DNA of 64,000 bases from assembly GCA_947164155.1 (NCBI GenBank), contig CAMUVS010000002.1, positions 16,971 to 80,970 of the forward strand, written 5' to 3'. This DNA is from an uncultured Bacillales bacterium. GTDB taxonomy: Bacteria; Bacillota_I; Bacilli_A; RFN20; CAG-826. Positions 9,236 through 18,713 of this stretch are shown piece by piece. The notes below the pieces were generated by a model. The model had not been told where the DNA came from and searched no databases. It worked only from the letters and a program-made list of their open reading frames with translations. Every line of letters begins with the position of its first letter. The first letter of the stretch is position 1. The position numbers and the translations under genes are program-made.

Positions 9236-12200
9236 GCAGTTTCAATAATTTTATTCGTATTAATAATGTTCACTAATGATTTTAATATATTTTCTAAATC
9301 TATTAACCAATTTCCTTTTTTATTCATCACAATTTTAAATTTATGGTTAAGATAACTAATCTTAATAATTGATAAATATGGTATTAACGCTTCAAATAAA
9401 ATATTTCCAATACCTTTAATATTAATAAAGTTATCACCAAGATATAATTCAACATTCATTTTATTCTCTTTAATATCATTTATTTCACATTGTTTGACCA
9501 TTAAATCAATAGCTCGTTTAAAGAATAATAGTTCAACTTCTTCAGGTAATCGACCATAAACATCTCTTACCTTAGCTTTAATCTCATTTAGTGAATCTAT
9601 CGAGGATGCCGCTAATATATCGTGATAAAGTTCAATCTTATCACTATCAGAGGCGTACTCTTTTGGAATATAAGCATCAAAGGCCAAAGAGAGGGTTTTA
9701 TTATATTGAGCTTCTTTATGATCTGCACCTTCCATTTTCTCTTTAACTGCTTCATTTAAAAGCTTGATATACATATCTAAACCAATAGAATCAATAAATC
9801 CAGCTTGCTCAGGTCCTAAAATATCTCCAGCACCTCTAATCATTAAATCTCTTTGAGCAATCTTATATCCACTACCCAAAGCAGTAAAATCCTGCAACGC
9901 TCTTAAACGTTTTTGAGTGTCTTCTTTTAAAGCTTTATTGCCATTATACATTAAATATGCATAGGCAATTCGATTGCCTCTTCCAACTCTACCTTTAATT
10001 TGATATAACTGTGCTAATCCATATCTTTCAGAATCATCAACAATAATCATGTTAGCGTTAGGAACATCAATTCCGTTTTCAATAATTGAGGTACAAACTA
10101 ATATTTGAATATCTCCAGAATAGAATTTGATCATTGTGTCTTCAATGTCGTTTCTAGTCATTTTTCCGTGCGCAACAGCAATAGTCGCAGAAGGAATTGC
10201 TCTTTTTAATCTAGAAGCAATTTCATAAATTGTTTCAATGCCGTTATGTAAATAGAAGACTTGGCCGTCTCTACCTAATTCTCTTTGAATTAGCTCTTTT
10301 ATAACTTGGGTGTTAAAAGGAGTCACATATGTTTGAATTGGCATTCTTTCTCCTGGAGGAGTAGTAATTTGAGACATGCTTCTAACTCCTAATAAAGAAA
10401 TCTGCAAAGTTCTAGGAATTGGGGTAGCGCTTAAAGTTAAGACGTCAATATTAGACTTTAATTCTTTAAGCCTTTCTTTTTGTTCAACGCCAAAACGTTG
10501 CTCTTCATCCACCACTAATAAACCTAAATCTTTATAAGTAATATCATTTGATAATAGGCGGTGAGTGCCAATAATAAGATGGATTTTGCCTTCTTGGATT
10601 TCTTTAATATATTCCTTTTGCTTCTTTTCGGGGATAAGTCTAGAGAAGATAGCAATCTTTATATCAAATTTAGAAAATCTTTCTAAAGCCACTTCATAAT
10701 GTTGTCTAGCTAATAAAGTAGTAGGACAAAGTAACACTGCTTGTTTTCCAGAATTAATACATTTAAAGATTGCTCTAAAAGCAACTTCGGTTTTTCCAAA
10801 TCCTACATCTCCACATAATAAGCGGTCCATAGGATGAGCCGATTCCATATCTGATTTAATTTCTTCTAAAGAACGAATTTGGTCTTTAGTTAATTGGAAT
10901 TCACAGGTATCTTCAAACGCCTTTTGAAACTCATCATCTTTAGCGAAGGCATATCCTTCTATATGACTGCGTTCAACATATAAATTGAACAATCTTTCCG
11001 CTAAATCGTGGATTCTTTCTTTAATTTTAGCTTTAGTCCTCTCCCAATCTTTAGTGTGTAATCTAGATAATCGTGGTCTAGCACCTTCTTTACCTAAATA
11101 CTTTCTAATAAGTTGAAACTGGCTTAAAGGAACATACAAAATCTCTCCTCCATGATAAGCAAGTTTTAAATAATCTTGATGTTTACCTTCAACTTCTAAA
11201 GTTTGTAATTCTAGGAATTGGCCTATACCTTGATATTCATGAACAACATAATCTCCTGGGGTTAAATCTTCATAACTCTTTAATATTGTTGCTTCTTTAA
11301 AACGATTATCGAATCTTGTGATTCTAATTTTTTCATTAAATAATTCTTTGGAAGTCAAAAAGACTACTTTTTCATCATCCAAAACAAATCCGCACGGGAT
11401 ATTTGAAATAGATAAACCTATTTGATGCTTGCTAGGAAAACCATATTCTTTAACCATTTCAAAAGGAATATGAGACGAATCAAGTAAATCAATAATTGTA
11501 TTTAAATGTTGTTTAGAACTTAGCGATATATTAATTTGATAGTTTTGATTAATATATGTATGAATGACATTAATAACATCACTATCTTTAGAAACTTCAA
11601 AAGGAATATTTTTACAGTTAAACACTATATCTTTATCGCTAGATTGTAATAAAGAAGTCCTAATAAGTTTACTGCGATTAAATTTTAGTTCATCAAAGCT
11701 ATAACACATTTTTAAATGTGAAATAGATTTACCGTTTTCAAATAATTCCTGAAGGAATGATATAGATTCTTCTACAAGCATATCTGAACTTGCTTTAATA
11801 GAAGTTTCATCCACAAGTACAGTTGTAAAATCGTTAGTGTAATCTAAAAGTGATTTTAAACGATCATCAAGTAAAGAAAAATATCGGTACGAGCGTGGAG
11901 TATATTGATATTCCATTAGTTCGGTGACATCGTTATCAACTAAATCTCTTAAATTAGAAAAATCAGCAGGATTAAGAACTTCCTTATCTTTTTCTAATTG
12001 TTCATAAATGCGGTTCGTAAGAACTTTTAAATCATCTTTGGAAATAATGAAATCGTTAGCAGGTAATAAAGAAATTTTATCCACATTCTCTTTAGAAGAT
12101 TGGCTAGCTAAATCAAAGAATCTAATTGATTCAATTTCGTTATCAAAAAGTTCAATTCTAATTGGGTCATCATAGTTTATGGTAAAGATATCCAATATGT

Positions 12201-12642
12201 CTCCTCTAGAGGCAAATTGAAGAGATTGGTCTACTTTATTAACTTGAGTATAGCCTGCACTCACTAACTTTATTTTTAAAGATTGTAAGTCAATGCTTTG
12301 ACCAACTTTAAAAGAAAAGCAATTATCTAAAAATAGCGATTTTTCTGGCAAAAACCTGCTAATTGCGGAGATATTTGCAATAACTATATCAACTTTACCA
12401 TTTAAAATATTATCTAAAGTATATATACGATTTGCGCTCATTTCTTTAGACATCGCAAGAGTTTCTGCTCTAATCAATTCATCCGAAACATATAAAGAAA
12501 TTTTCTTATTTGGCAATAAGCTAGAAAGAAAAGTATATAGTTTTTGAGCTTTATATAAGTTAGAGGTAATTAGAAGATATTTATTTTTTTCTTCTTTAAT
12601 AGAAGCGGCAGTTAATAAAGATATTCCTACTAAATCATCCAC
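9232..12642 (-). CDS. mfd: Transcription-repair coupling factor Mfd
   Basis: It has a UvrB-homology N-terminus and a CarD/RID region ([14 protein letters not shown]). Its SF2 helicase motifs are [11 protein letters not shown] and DEEQRFG, and a TRG motif is present. The start appears to be GTG. Confidence 0.95.
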   Translation of the reverse strand: MDDLVGISLLTAASIKEEKNKYLLITSNLYKAQKLYTFLSSLLPNKKISLYVSDELIRAETLAMSKEMSANRIYTLDNILNGKVDIVIANISAISRFLPEKSLFLDNCFSFKVGQSIDLQSLKIKLVSAGYTQVNKVDQSLQFASRGDILDIFTINYDDPIRIELFDNEIESIRFFDLASQSSKENVDKISLLPANDFIISKDDLKVLTNRIYEQLEKDKEVLNPADFSNLRDLVDNDVTELMEYQYTPRSYRYFSLLDDRLKSLLDYTNDFTTVLVDETSIKASSDMLVEESISFLQELFENGKSISHLKMCYSFDELKFNRSKLIRTSLLQSSDKDIVFNCKNIPFEVSKDSDVINVIHTYINQNYQINISLSSKQHLNTIIDLLDSSHIPFEMVKEYGFPSKHQIGLSISNIPCGFVLDDEKVVFLTSKELFNEKIRITRFDNRFKEATILKSYEDLTPGDYVVHEYQGIGQFLELQTLEVEGKHQDYLKLAYHGGEILYVPLSQFQLIRKYLGKEGARPRLSRLHTKDWERTKAKIKERIHDLAERLFNLYVERSHIEGYAFAKDDEFQKAFEDTCEFQLTKDQIRSLEEIKSDMESAHPMDRLLCGDVGFGKTEVAFRAIFKCINSGKQAVLLCPTTLLARQHYEVALERFSKFDIKIAIFSRLIPEKKQKEYIKEIQEGKIHLIIGTHRLLSNDITYKDLGLLVVDEEQRFGVEQKERLKELKSNIDVLTLSATPIPRTLQISLLGVRSMSQITTPPGERMPIQTYVTPFNTQVIKELIQRELGRDGQVFYLHNGIETIYEIASRLKRAIPSATIAVAHGKMTRNDIEDTMIKFYSGDIQILVCTSIIENGIDVPNANMIIVDDSERYGLAQLYQIKGRVGRGNRIAYAYLMYNGNKALKEDTQKRLRALQDFTALGSGYKIAQRDLMIRGAGDILGPEQAGFIDSIGLDMYIKLLNEAVKEKMEGADHKEAQYNKTLSLAFDAYIPKEYASDSDKIELYHDILAASSIDSLNEIKAKVRDVYGRLPEEVELLFFKRAIDLMVKQCEINDIKENKMNVELYLGDNFINIKGIGNILFEALIPYLSIIKISYLNHKFKIVMNKKGNWLIDLENILKSLVNIINTNKIIETA

Positions 12643-12726
12643 GACAAAATGCCCACTTTTTGTTAAGTAGGGGGGTATCGCTTTATTAGATTTTAGTTTA
12701 TCAAATAGGTTCGTCTAGCTGCCTCC

Positions 12727-13281
12727 TTAATGATTATATTTATTCATTGCGCTATCGAAGTTATTCTTCAGAATTTCTTTAAGAGCGTCGACTGCTTTTT
12801 TAATCGCTTCATCAATTAAGACTTGTTCTTCTTTTAATGGCTTTCCTAACACATAATCAATTGTATCGAAAGTTGGCTTACCAATTCCAATTCGAATTCT
12901 TTTAATATTCTCAGTTCCTAACTGCTCTATGATGTTTTGAATTCCTCTATGGCCTCCACTAGATCCAGATAAACGTAATCTAATCTTCCCTGGCTCCAAA
13001 TCTAAATCATCATAGATAACAATGATGTCTTCTTTAGGAATTTTAAAATAAGACACGATTTCTCTAACGGATTCGCCACTTAAATTCATGAATGTTTGAG
13101 GCTTAAGAAGATAAACATCTTCATCAAACACTTTGCCTCTACCAACTAAACCTTTAAAGGCATCTTTATCTATATCGATTTGAGCTAATTCTGAAAATAG
13201 GTCGACAACATCAAAACCCATATTATGACGAGTATGCTCGTATTTCTTTCCAGGATTACCAAGTCCAACAATTAGTTTCAT
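12727..13281 (-). CDS. pth: Peptidyl-tRNA hydrolase
   Basis: MKLIVGLGNPGKKYEHTRHNMGF is the canonical Pth N-terminus. I chose the ATG at 13281 over the upstream ATG at 13317. Confidence 0.92.
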   Translation of the reverse strand: MKLIVGLGNPGKKYEHTRHNMGFDVVDLFSELAQIDIDKDAFKGLVGRGKVFDEDVYLLKPQTFMNLSGESVREIVSYFKIPKEDIIVIYDDLDLEPGKIRLRLSGSSGGHRGIQNIIEQLGTENIKRIRIGIGKPTFDTIDYVLGKPLKEEQVLIDEAIKKAVDALKEILKNNFDSAMNKYNH

Positions 13282-13355
13282 AGCGTCTATTATTTTATCA
13301 AATATATAATTAAACATATATGTTAAATTAAAAAAATGTTATATACTTACAAGGT

Positions 13356-14288
13356 ATGAAAAATTGGTTGAAAACACTTTTATCAGGTATCGCTATCGGA
13401 TTTGGTAGCGCAGTTCCAGGAGTTAGCGGTGGCACTATCGCTGTAATCTTTGGAGTTTATAATCAAATTATTTGGGCTATTAGTAATGTTTTTAAGCATT
13501 TTAAAGAAGCAATTAGAATTGTTCTTCCAGTTTTATTAGGCGTTGTTATTGGCTTTGTTCCAACTTTCTTTTTAATGGATAAAGCACTCAACGGCTTTGT
13601 TTTTGGAGTTATTTGCATTTTCGCAGGCTTTATTATTGGCTCCATTCCAGGAATTAAAGATGAAGTTAAAGATGTTAAGCCAACTAAAAAACACTTTGTG
13701 GCTCTAATCGTATGCGCCTTAATTGCGATTGGATTAGGTGTTGGAAGTGTCTTTGCTAAGGCAGACTTTGAACAGTATTTTGTTCAAACTCCAGTGTGGT
13801 TTTATTTAGTTTTAATTCCAGTGGGATTTGTCGCTTCAGTTGCTTTAGTGGTACCAGGTATATCAGGAGCAATGCTTTTATTACTACTTGGTTTTTATAA
13901 ACCGTTAATGAAATTTATTACTGGTTTTATATTAAGCGACTGGTCCGGATTTGGACATTTTATTGGTATTATTGGTTGCTTCGCTATTGGTATTATTATT
14001 GGATTCTTCTTTGTTTCTAAATTAATGCATTATTTATTGAGCAAATATCACGATGTCACTTTCTATTCTATTTTAGGATTTGTTATTGGAAGTGTTCCTG
14101 CATTATTTTATAACTACACGATTAATGAATATTATATGAAATGGAGTATCGGAGCAACTGGATACACTCCTATATATATTGAGATTCCAATTGGTATTAT
14201 CTTATTAATTGGATTTACAATCCTCTCATATTTATTAGTGAGATATAAAAGAAAAATTGAATCTAAAGAAAATGAGATCGTTGAATGA
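13356..14288 (+). CDS. DUF368-family polytopic membrane protein
   Basis: It has about 8-9 TM helices and a duplicated VPGVSGG / VPGISGA motif. The ORF ends in TGA, which shows TGA is a stop codon in this genome. Confidence 0.7.
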   Translation: MKNWLKTLLSGIAIGFGSAVPGVSGGTIAVIFGVYNQIIWAISNVFKHFKEAIRIVLPVLLGVVIGFVPTFFLMDKALNGFVFGVICIFAGFIIGSIPGIKDEVKDVKPTKKHFVALIVCALIAIGLGVGSVFAKADFEQYFVQTPVWFYLVLIPVGFVASVALVVPGISGAMLLLLLGFYKPLMKFITGFILSDWSGFGHFIGIIGCFAIGIIIGFFFVSKLMHYLLSKYHDVTFYSILGFVIGSVPALFYNYTINEYYMKWSIGATGYTPIYIEIPIGIILLIGFTILSYLLVRYKRKIESKENEIVE

Positions 14289-14298
14289 TCTCATTTTT
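14274..14298. terminator. Putative bidirectional terminator between convergent genes
   Basis: GAGATC-gttgaat-GATCTC is followed by ATTTTT on the plus strand and ATTTTCTTT on the minus strand. The stem is only 6 bp. Confidence 0.4.
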
Positions 14299-14319
14299 CT
14301 TATCAATAATATTTATTTA

Positions 14320-16404
14320 TTAAGCTTTATTTAACTGAATGGTTGCGGAATAAATATCACCAGAAACATTAGAAATGTTTTTAACAGTGAAACTCCATCC
14401 TAAGGAGACACCACTATCAAGAAGCCCATTATTTTTATAGAATTGAGAAGAATAATCCGCCATATTAAATGTGCTATTTTTTAAGAATAAATCATTACTA
14501 CTTAAAGGTGCTTTAGAGACATAGTTCTTAGTAGTGTCTTTTCTAATTAAGTGAAGCATATTAAATCTTTGATAATCATCATAACCAGATAGACTATAAG
14601 AGAATGAATTTCGTCCATTTTCACTTTCTTCTTCTTTCTGATAAGTGTTATTAAAGGCAGTATAAAATGAAGAAGAATTTACACTAGTGGTAAATCTATT
14701 ATTCATTGTATAAAGTCGAGCGTCAACATGCCATAATCTAATACCAACCACATCAGGTCCTTGAGGATAATAGCCGTGATATGTGTAATCGCAATCAAAT
14801 TTATTTAATCCGGTTGGAGTATATAATTCGAGTAATAAATATTCATCAAATGGTGAATTATAAGAATTCCAATGTGGTGATAATAAAATTAAATCATGAC
14901 TAGATTGAAAATCATTAATTGTGATTTCACATGTTTCAGTTGGAATATATGGATCTGACCAGCCAAACGCCATTGTGGAATATGGATCATGTCCACCAAC
15001 ATTATTATCTTGCATAGCAAATCCAGCAATTGGAGAAGTAGATTGTGAATAGTCATAATAATCTTCTAAACCAAACATATGACCCATTTCATGGATATAT
15101 GTATGTCCATCGATTAAACAGTTAGTAGTATCACCATTATGATAAGTTCCACCAGTTCTATAAACTCGGTTAGAACCATATAGGAAATCATAACTTGCCC
15201 AGAAGAAAGCATTAACACCTGGATTACTAGGATTTTTTAATGAAGTTTGTTGGACATAGAAACAATACGCCCACATATTACTTGAAAATGAACTATAACA
15301 TGTATAATCAGGGGCGGCGTAAATAAGCATAACGCCATCTAAATAGCCATCACCATCATAATCATAGTTTGTTCTAGAATCGTCAGTGTGGTTATTAAAA
15401 TACCAATTTACTGTGTTTTTAACAAAAGTCGCTTGAGCGGTATTGCTATATGAACTAGCATTACTAGCACTTATGTTAGTAGGACAATACCATTCACTTA
15501 CTGTACCAGTAAGATGTAATAAGCCCTTACTTTCTTCTTCGTAATACGAACTAACACTATGCCAGCCTGTTTGTTCTTTAGTGCCAAAGAAGGCAGTTTC
15601 AATATCGTTTCTAATATTGTCTTTAGAAGAAGTAGAGACAAAAGAATCGCTATCATTAAACCACACAGGAATAACTAAAAGTTTAACATCTCCAGTAGTA
15701 GGGCATGATGAAGTTTGATAATAATTATGATCAACAAAATCGCCATAGGTTTGTTCGATTTTAACTTTTTGATTTAACGTTACTGTGACATGAAAAACAG
15801 TTTCAAGATATGTAGTAGCGTTTTTTAATGCTTTAAAAGTTAAATCAACCTCACCAATTTCTAAACCTCTAATGAAATAGGAAGTATCGTCAACTTTACT
15901 AATAGAAACAACACTAGGGTCAGAATTTTGATATAGAATTGGAACGGTATATCTAGTTGGAGAAATAGTTAATGTTAAAGAAACATCTTTAGAACTATTT
16001 TTTTCAATCGTACTAGTGGAGTTAACTTGAATATTAGAAACATATTGAGTGCTAGCAAAAACCGAAATTGTTAATGTATTACTAACAATACCCTCAGTAG
16101 ACACTGTTAATTTATAAGATCCTTCTTGCTCAAAAGGAGTATTAATATCTTTTGTGCTTGACCCATAAGTAAGATTAAACGCCACTTGATTTCTTTCAAA
16201 TGTGACTTCGTTACCATTGTTATATTTACCTTTAATTGATAAGTTACACTTATCAAAGAAAGAATCTCCGACTACATAAGCAGAAGTAGAATCACTTAAG
16301 GTGATGGATTTAAGTTTGTTAGTTAAAATACTTATGTAATTACAACTAGAAACACATAATCCAAGAGTTACTATTCCAATAAAAGATAATGTCTTATTTC
16401 TCAT
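14320..16404 (-). CDS. Surface lipoprotein, M6/immune-inhibitor-A-like zinc metalloprotease with N-terminal Ig-like domains
   Basis: The lipobox is LGLCVSSC. Ig-like repeats follow, and then HEMGHMFGLEDYYD, which is an HExxH motif plus the downstream acidic D/E-Y-D motif seen in InhA-type M6 enzymes. Confidence 0.7.
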   Translation of the reverse strand: MRNKTLSFIGIVTLGLCVSSCNYISILTNKLKSITLSDSTSAYVVGDSFFDKCNLSIKGKYNNGNEVTFERNQVAFNLTYGSSTKDINTPFEQEGSYKLTVSTEGIVSNTLTISVFASTQYVSNIQVNSTSTIEKNSSKDVSLTLTISPTRYTVPILYQNSDPSVVSISKVDDTSYFIRGLEIGEVDLTFKALKNATTYLETVFHVTVTLNQKVKIEQTYGDFVDHNYYQTSSCPTTGDVKLLVIPVWFNDSDSFVSTSSKDNIRNDIETAFFGTKEQTGWHSVSSYYEEESKGLLHLTGTVSEWYCPTNISASNASSYSNTAQATFVKNTVNWYFNNHTDDSRTNYDYDGDGYLDGVMLIYAAPDYTCYSSFSSNMWAYCFYVQQTSLKNPSNPGVNAFFWASYDFLYGSNRVYRTGGTYHNGDTTNCLIDGHTYIHEMGHMFGLEDYYDYSQSTSPIAGFAMQDNNVGGHDPYSTMAFGWSDPYIPTETCEITINDFQSSHDLILLSPHWNSYNSPFDEYLLLELYTPTGLNKFDCDYTYHGYYPQGPDVVGIRLWHVDARLYTMNNRFTTSVNSSSFYTAFNNTYQKEEESENGRNSFSYSLSGYDDYQRFNMLHLIRKDTTKNYVSKAPLSSNDLFLKNSTFNMADYSSQFYKNNGLLDSGVSLGWSFTVKNISNVSGDIYSATIQLNKA

Positions 16405-16428
16405 AATTTATAGTTATTATACAAGTAA

Positions 16429-16457
16429 TAAAAAATAATGCCAAATTTATGGCATTA
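16429..16457 (-). terminator. Intrinsic terminator of the 712-aa C11 protease gene
   Basis: The minus strand reads TAATGCCA-TAAATT-TGGCATTA followed by TTTTTTATT. This is a perfect 8-bp stem. Confidence 0.7.
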
Positions 16458-16471
16458 ATTTTATATATTTT

Positions 16472-18610
16472 TTACCAGTTCCAATAGCCCCAATCATCAT
16501 CGTCACCACTACCGCTGACGGTGGATTCAGTACCATAATAGTTATTACTAAGATAAGCCCAGTTAACAAAGTTAGTATCAGTACCAGCAGTATATGGGTT
16601 ATAGTCTTTAGTATCTTTTTCTATAGCCCAGAACATACTTAATCCATAAGCATTACCAGCGCCTTTACCGCAGCTAGAATAAGCAACTAATTTAGAATGT
16701 TCATTTAATATATTTTGTAAATTTGTATTATATTTGCCGTTAGAATTTAAGTTACTAGTCTTAAATTTATTAATGAAATCTTTTGCATCTGATAGACCAT
16801 TTTGATAGTAATAAATATCCTCTGATGTATAATCTGAGAACTTTTTAGTGCTATAAATAAGTTCATTAAATTTTGTTCTATTATTAGCGACTACATTATC
16901 GTTTCTTAACGCTAAAGCAAATTCTTCCCAAGCATCTTTATAACTAGCAGCGTATTCCAAATTTAAATAAGATAAAGTTTGATCGTTACTATAATCATTT
17001 ACACCACCATTATCTTTAATAAATCCATCAACAGCGGCTTTTAAAACAGTTTCTGTATCTTTACCAGCATATAAATCATCAAGCCAAGTATCATAATCCC
17101 AGCCTGTGCCACTTTCTAATTCTTGAGAGCCAAGCATATATTTGAAATATGGACTGTATTGTTCAGCAAGGTCTTGAATTTGCATCATACAAGCATCATA
17201 ACCAATGAATTCTAATTTTTGACCGCTAATGCCGCATTTGCTCATAGCATTAGAAACTGCACTAACTACCTCATAGCCTAATAAACCATCAGAAACACAA
17301 TAACCACTTTTATCATCATTAAAGCACGCTCCTTGCATTCCTCCACCATGGTTCCAAAGAATCAAAGCAGTTTTATCGGCAGGATAATTATTAAATCCAT
17401 ATTCTAAGAAGCTTTGTAAAACGGATTGTTTACCCATATATTCATTTTTGATTTTGTCTTGGCCTTCATCTAAAACAATTTTTCCGTTTTCAACGTGGTG
17501 TCTTTGAATGTATTGATTGCTAATTGAATAACCATTACTATATTTTCCATTTGTATTATTGGTCCAAGTTTGGGCTCCACCAGTTTCAAGGACGATATTA
17601 ACATCATCTGGTTTATTTGGTGTTTCGATAATTTCTCTAATATCACATGTTGCTAATCCGCATCTAGAATAAGGCATGCCTTCAACATATTTGTTAGCGG
17701 ATTCAGTCTCTAAGGTTGATCCACACATATAAATCAACACAGTCCATTCATCTGTAGGTCCTTTTTCTTCAACAGTGACAGAGCAATTTGCAGTAAATCC
17801 GCCATCAGTGGTTGTCGCAGTAATAGTTGTAGTGCCAACTGCATTTGCAGTAATTTCACCATTATTGTTAACAGTAGCAATGCTTGTTTTACTACTTGAC
17901 CAAGAGACAGACTTATCATAAGCATCGCTTGGTAAAACATTTGCAATCAAAGAAGAGGTTCTACCGACTTTTAAAGATAAAGACGATTTATCTAAAGAAA
18001 CGCTAGTAACACGTGTTGGTTCTGTAACAGTAACTACACATGTAGCGGTTTTATGTCCATCACTAGTAGTCACAGTAATTGTGGAACTACCTTGATTTAC
18101 AGCAGAAATAACACCACTACTAGAAATTGTCGCAACGTTTGTGTTGCTACTACTCCAAGAGACATATTTATTAGTTGCATTACTAGGATAAATAGAAGCA
18201 GTCAAAGTTGCAGTTTTGCCCTGTTTAACAGAAAGAGCAGTGCTATTTAAAGAAACGCTAGTAACAGGAACTATTTGAGCAACGACTGTAACAATACAAG
18301 AAGCTGTAAGTTTCTTTTCTACAGTAGTAGCTAGAACTCTAGCAGTACCAGTCTTTTTAGCGGTAACTAATCCTGTATCACTAACAGAAATATAGTTAGC
18401 GCCAATACCTTGAACACTCCATGTCACGCTTTTATTTCTAGCGTTATCTGGTTTGACATATGCTTCTAATTGAAAAGAACTGTTGTTTTCTAAGGTGTAT
18501 GATGTGTAATTTAATTCCACTCCAGTAACTTCCGCAGTATTGACGACTTTCGCACAACCAACTGCAGTTAACGCTAATAGAGTAACAAACAATCTTTTAA
18601 ATAGTTTCAT
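16472..18610 (-). CDS. Surface lipoprotein: three Big_2 Ig-like repeats + C-terminal clostripain-family (C11) cysteine peptidase
   Basis: The lipobox is LTAVGCA. Big_2 repeats are present (VTSVSL...VSWSSSNTNVATISSSGVISAV...). The C11 signature runs WTVLIYMCGS...LILWNHGGG...EFIGYDACMMQ and supplies the His/Cys dyad. Confidence 0.8.
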   Translation of the reverse strand: MKLFKRLFVTLLALTAVGCAKVVNTAEVTGVELNYTSYTLENNSSFQLEAYVKPDNARNKSVTWSVQGIGANYISVSDTGLVTAKKTGTARVLATTVEKKLTASCIVTVVAQIVPVTSVSLNSTALSVKQGKTATLTASIYPSNATNKYVSWSSSNTNVATISSSGVISAVNQGSSTITVTTSDGHKTATCVVTVTEPTRVTSVSLDKSSLSLKVGRTSSLIANVLPSDAYDKSVSWSSSKTSIATVNNNGEITANAVGTTTITATTTDGGFTANCSVTVEEKGPTDEWTVLIYMCGSTLETESANKYVEGMPYSRCGLATCDIREIIETPNKPDDVNIVLETGGAQTWTNNTNGKYSNGYSISNQYIQRHHVENGKIVLDEGQDKIKNEYMGKQSVLQSFLEYGFNNYPADKTALILWNHGGGMQGACFNDDKSGYCVSDGLLGYEVVSAVSNAMSKCGISGQKLEFIGYDACMMQIQDLAEQYSPYFKYMLGSQELESGTGWDYDTWLDDLYAGKDTETVLKAAVDGFIKDNGGVNDYSNDQTLSYLNLEYAASYKDAWEEFALALRNDNVVANNRTKFNELIYSTKKFSDYTSEDIYYYQNGLSDAKDFINKFKTSNLNSNGKYNTNLQNILNEHSKLVAYSSCGKGAGNAYGLSMFWAIEKDTKDYNPYTAGTDTNFVNWAYLSNNYYGTESTVSGSGDDDDWGYWNW

Positions 18611-18628
18611 GAAACACCATCTCAGTTC

Positions 18629-18646
18629 TCTTCGATTTATCGAAGA
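18629..18646. promoter_or_regulatory. Perfect 18-bp palindrome in the leader of the 712-aa C11 protease gene (candidate operator or RNA hairpin)
   Basis: TCTTCGAT-tt-ATCGAAGA lies 19-36 nt upstream of the ATG at 18610. It is downstream of a TATAAT (minus strand, about 18660). Confidence 0.3.
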
Positions 18647-18713
18647 TTTTATATTACATTAATTATACCTATAGTGTAAGTGTTTTTTTATATTTCATAA
18701 AAATATCATTAAA

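Noticed and set aside
18650-18713. AT-only hairpin TTTTAT-gaaat-ATAAAA after the S8 gene, considered as its terminator.
   Set aside because: The stem is purely A/T and is not followed by a U-tract on the coding (minus) strand, so it is unlikely to terminate. Whether the S8 transcript reads into the 712-aa protease gene is unresolved.
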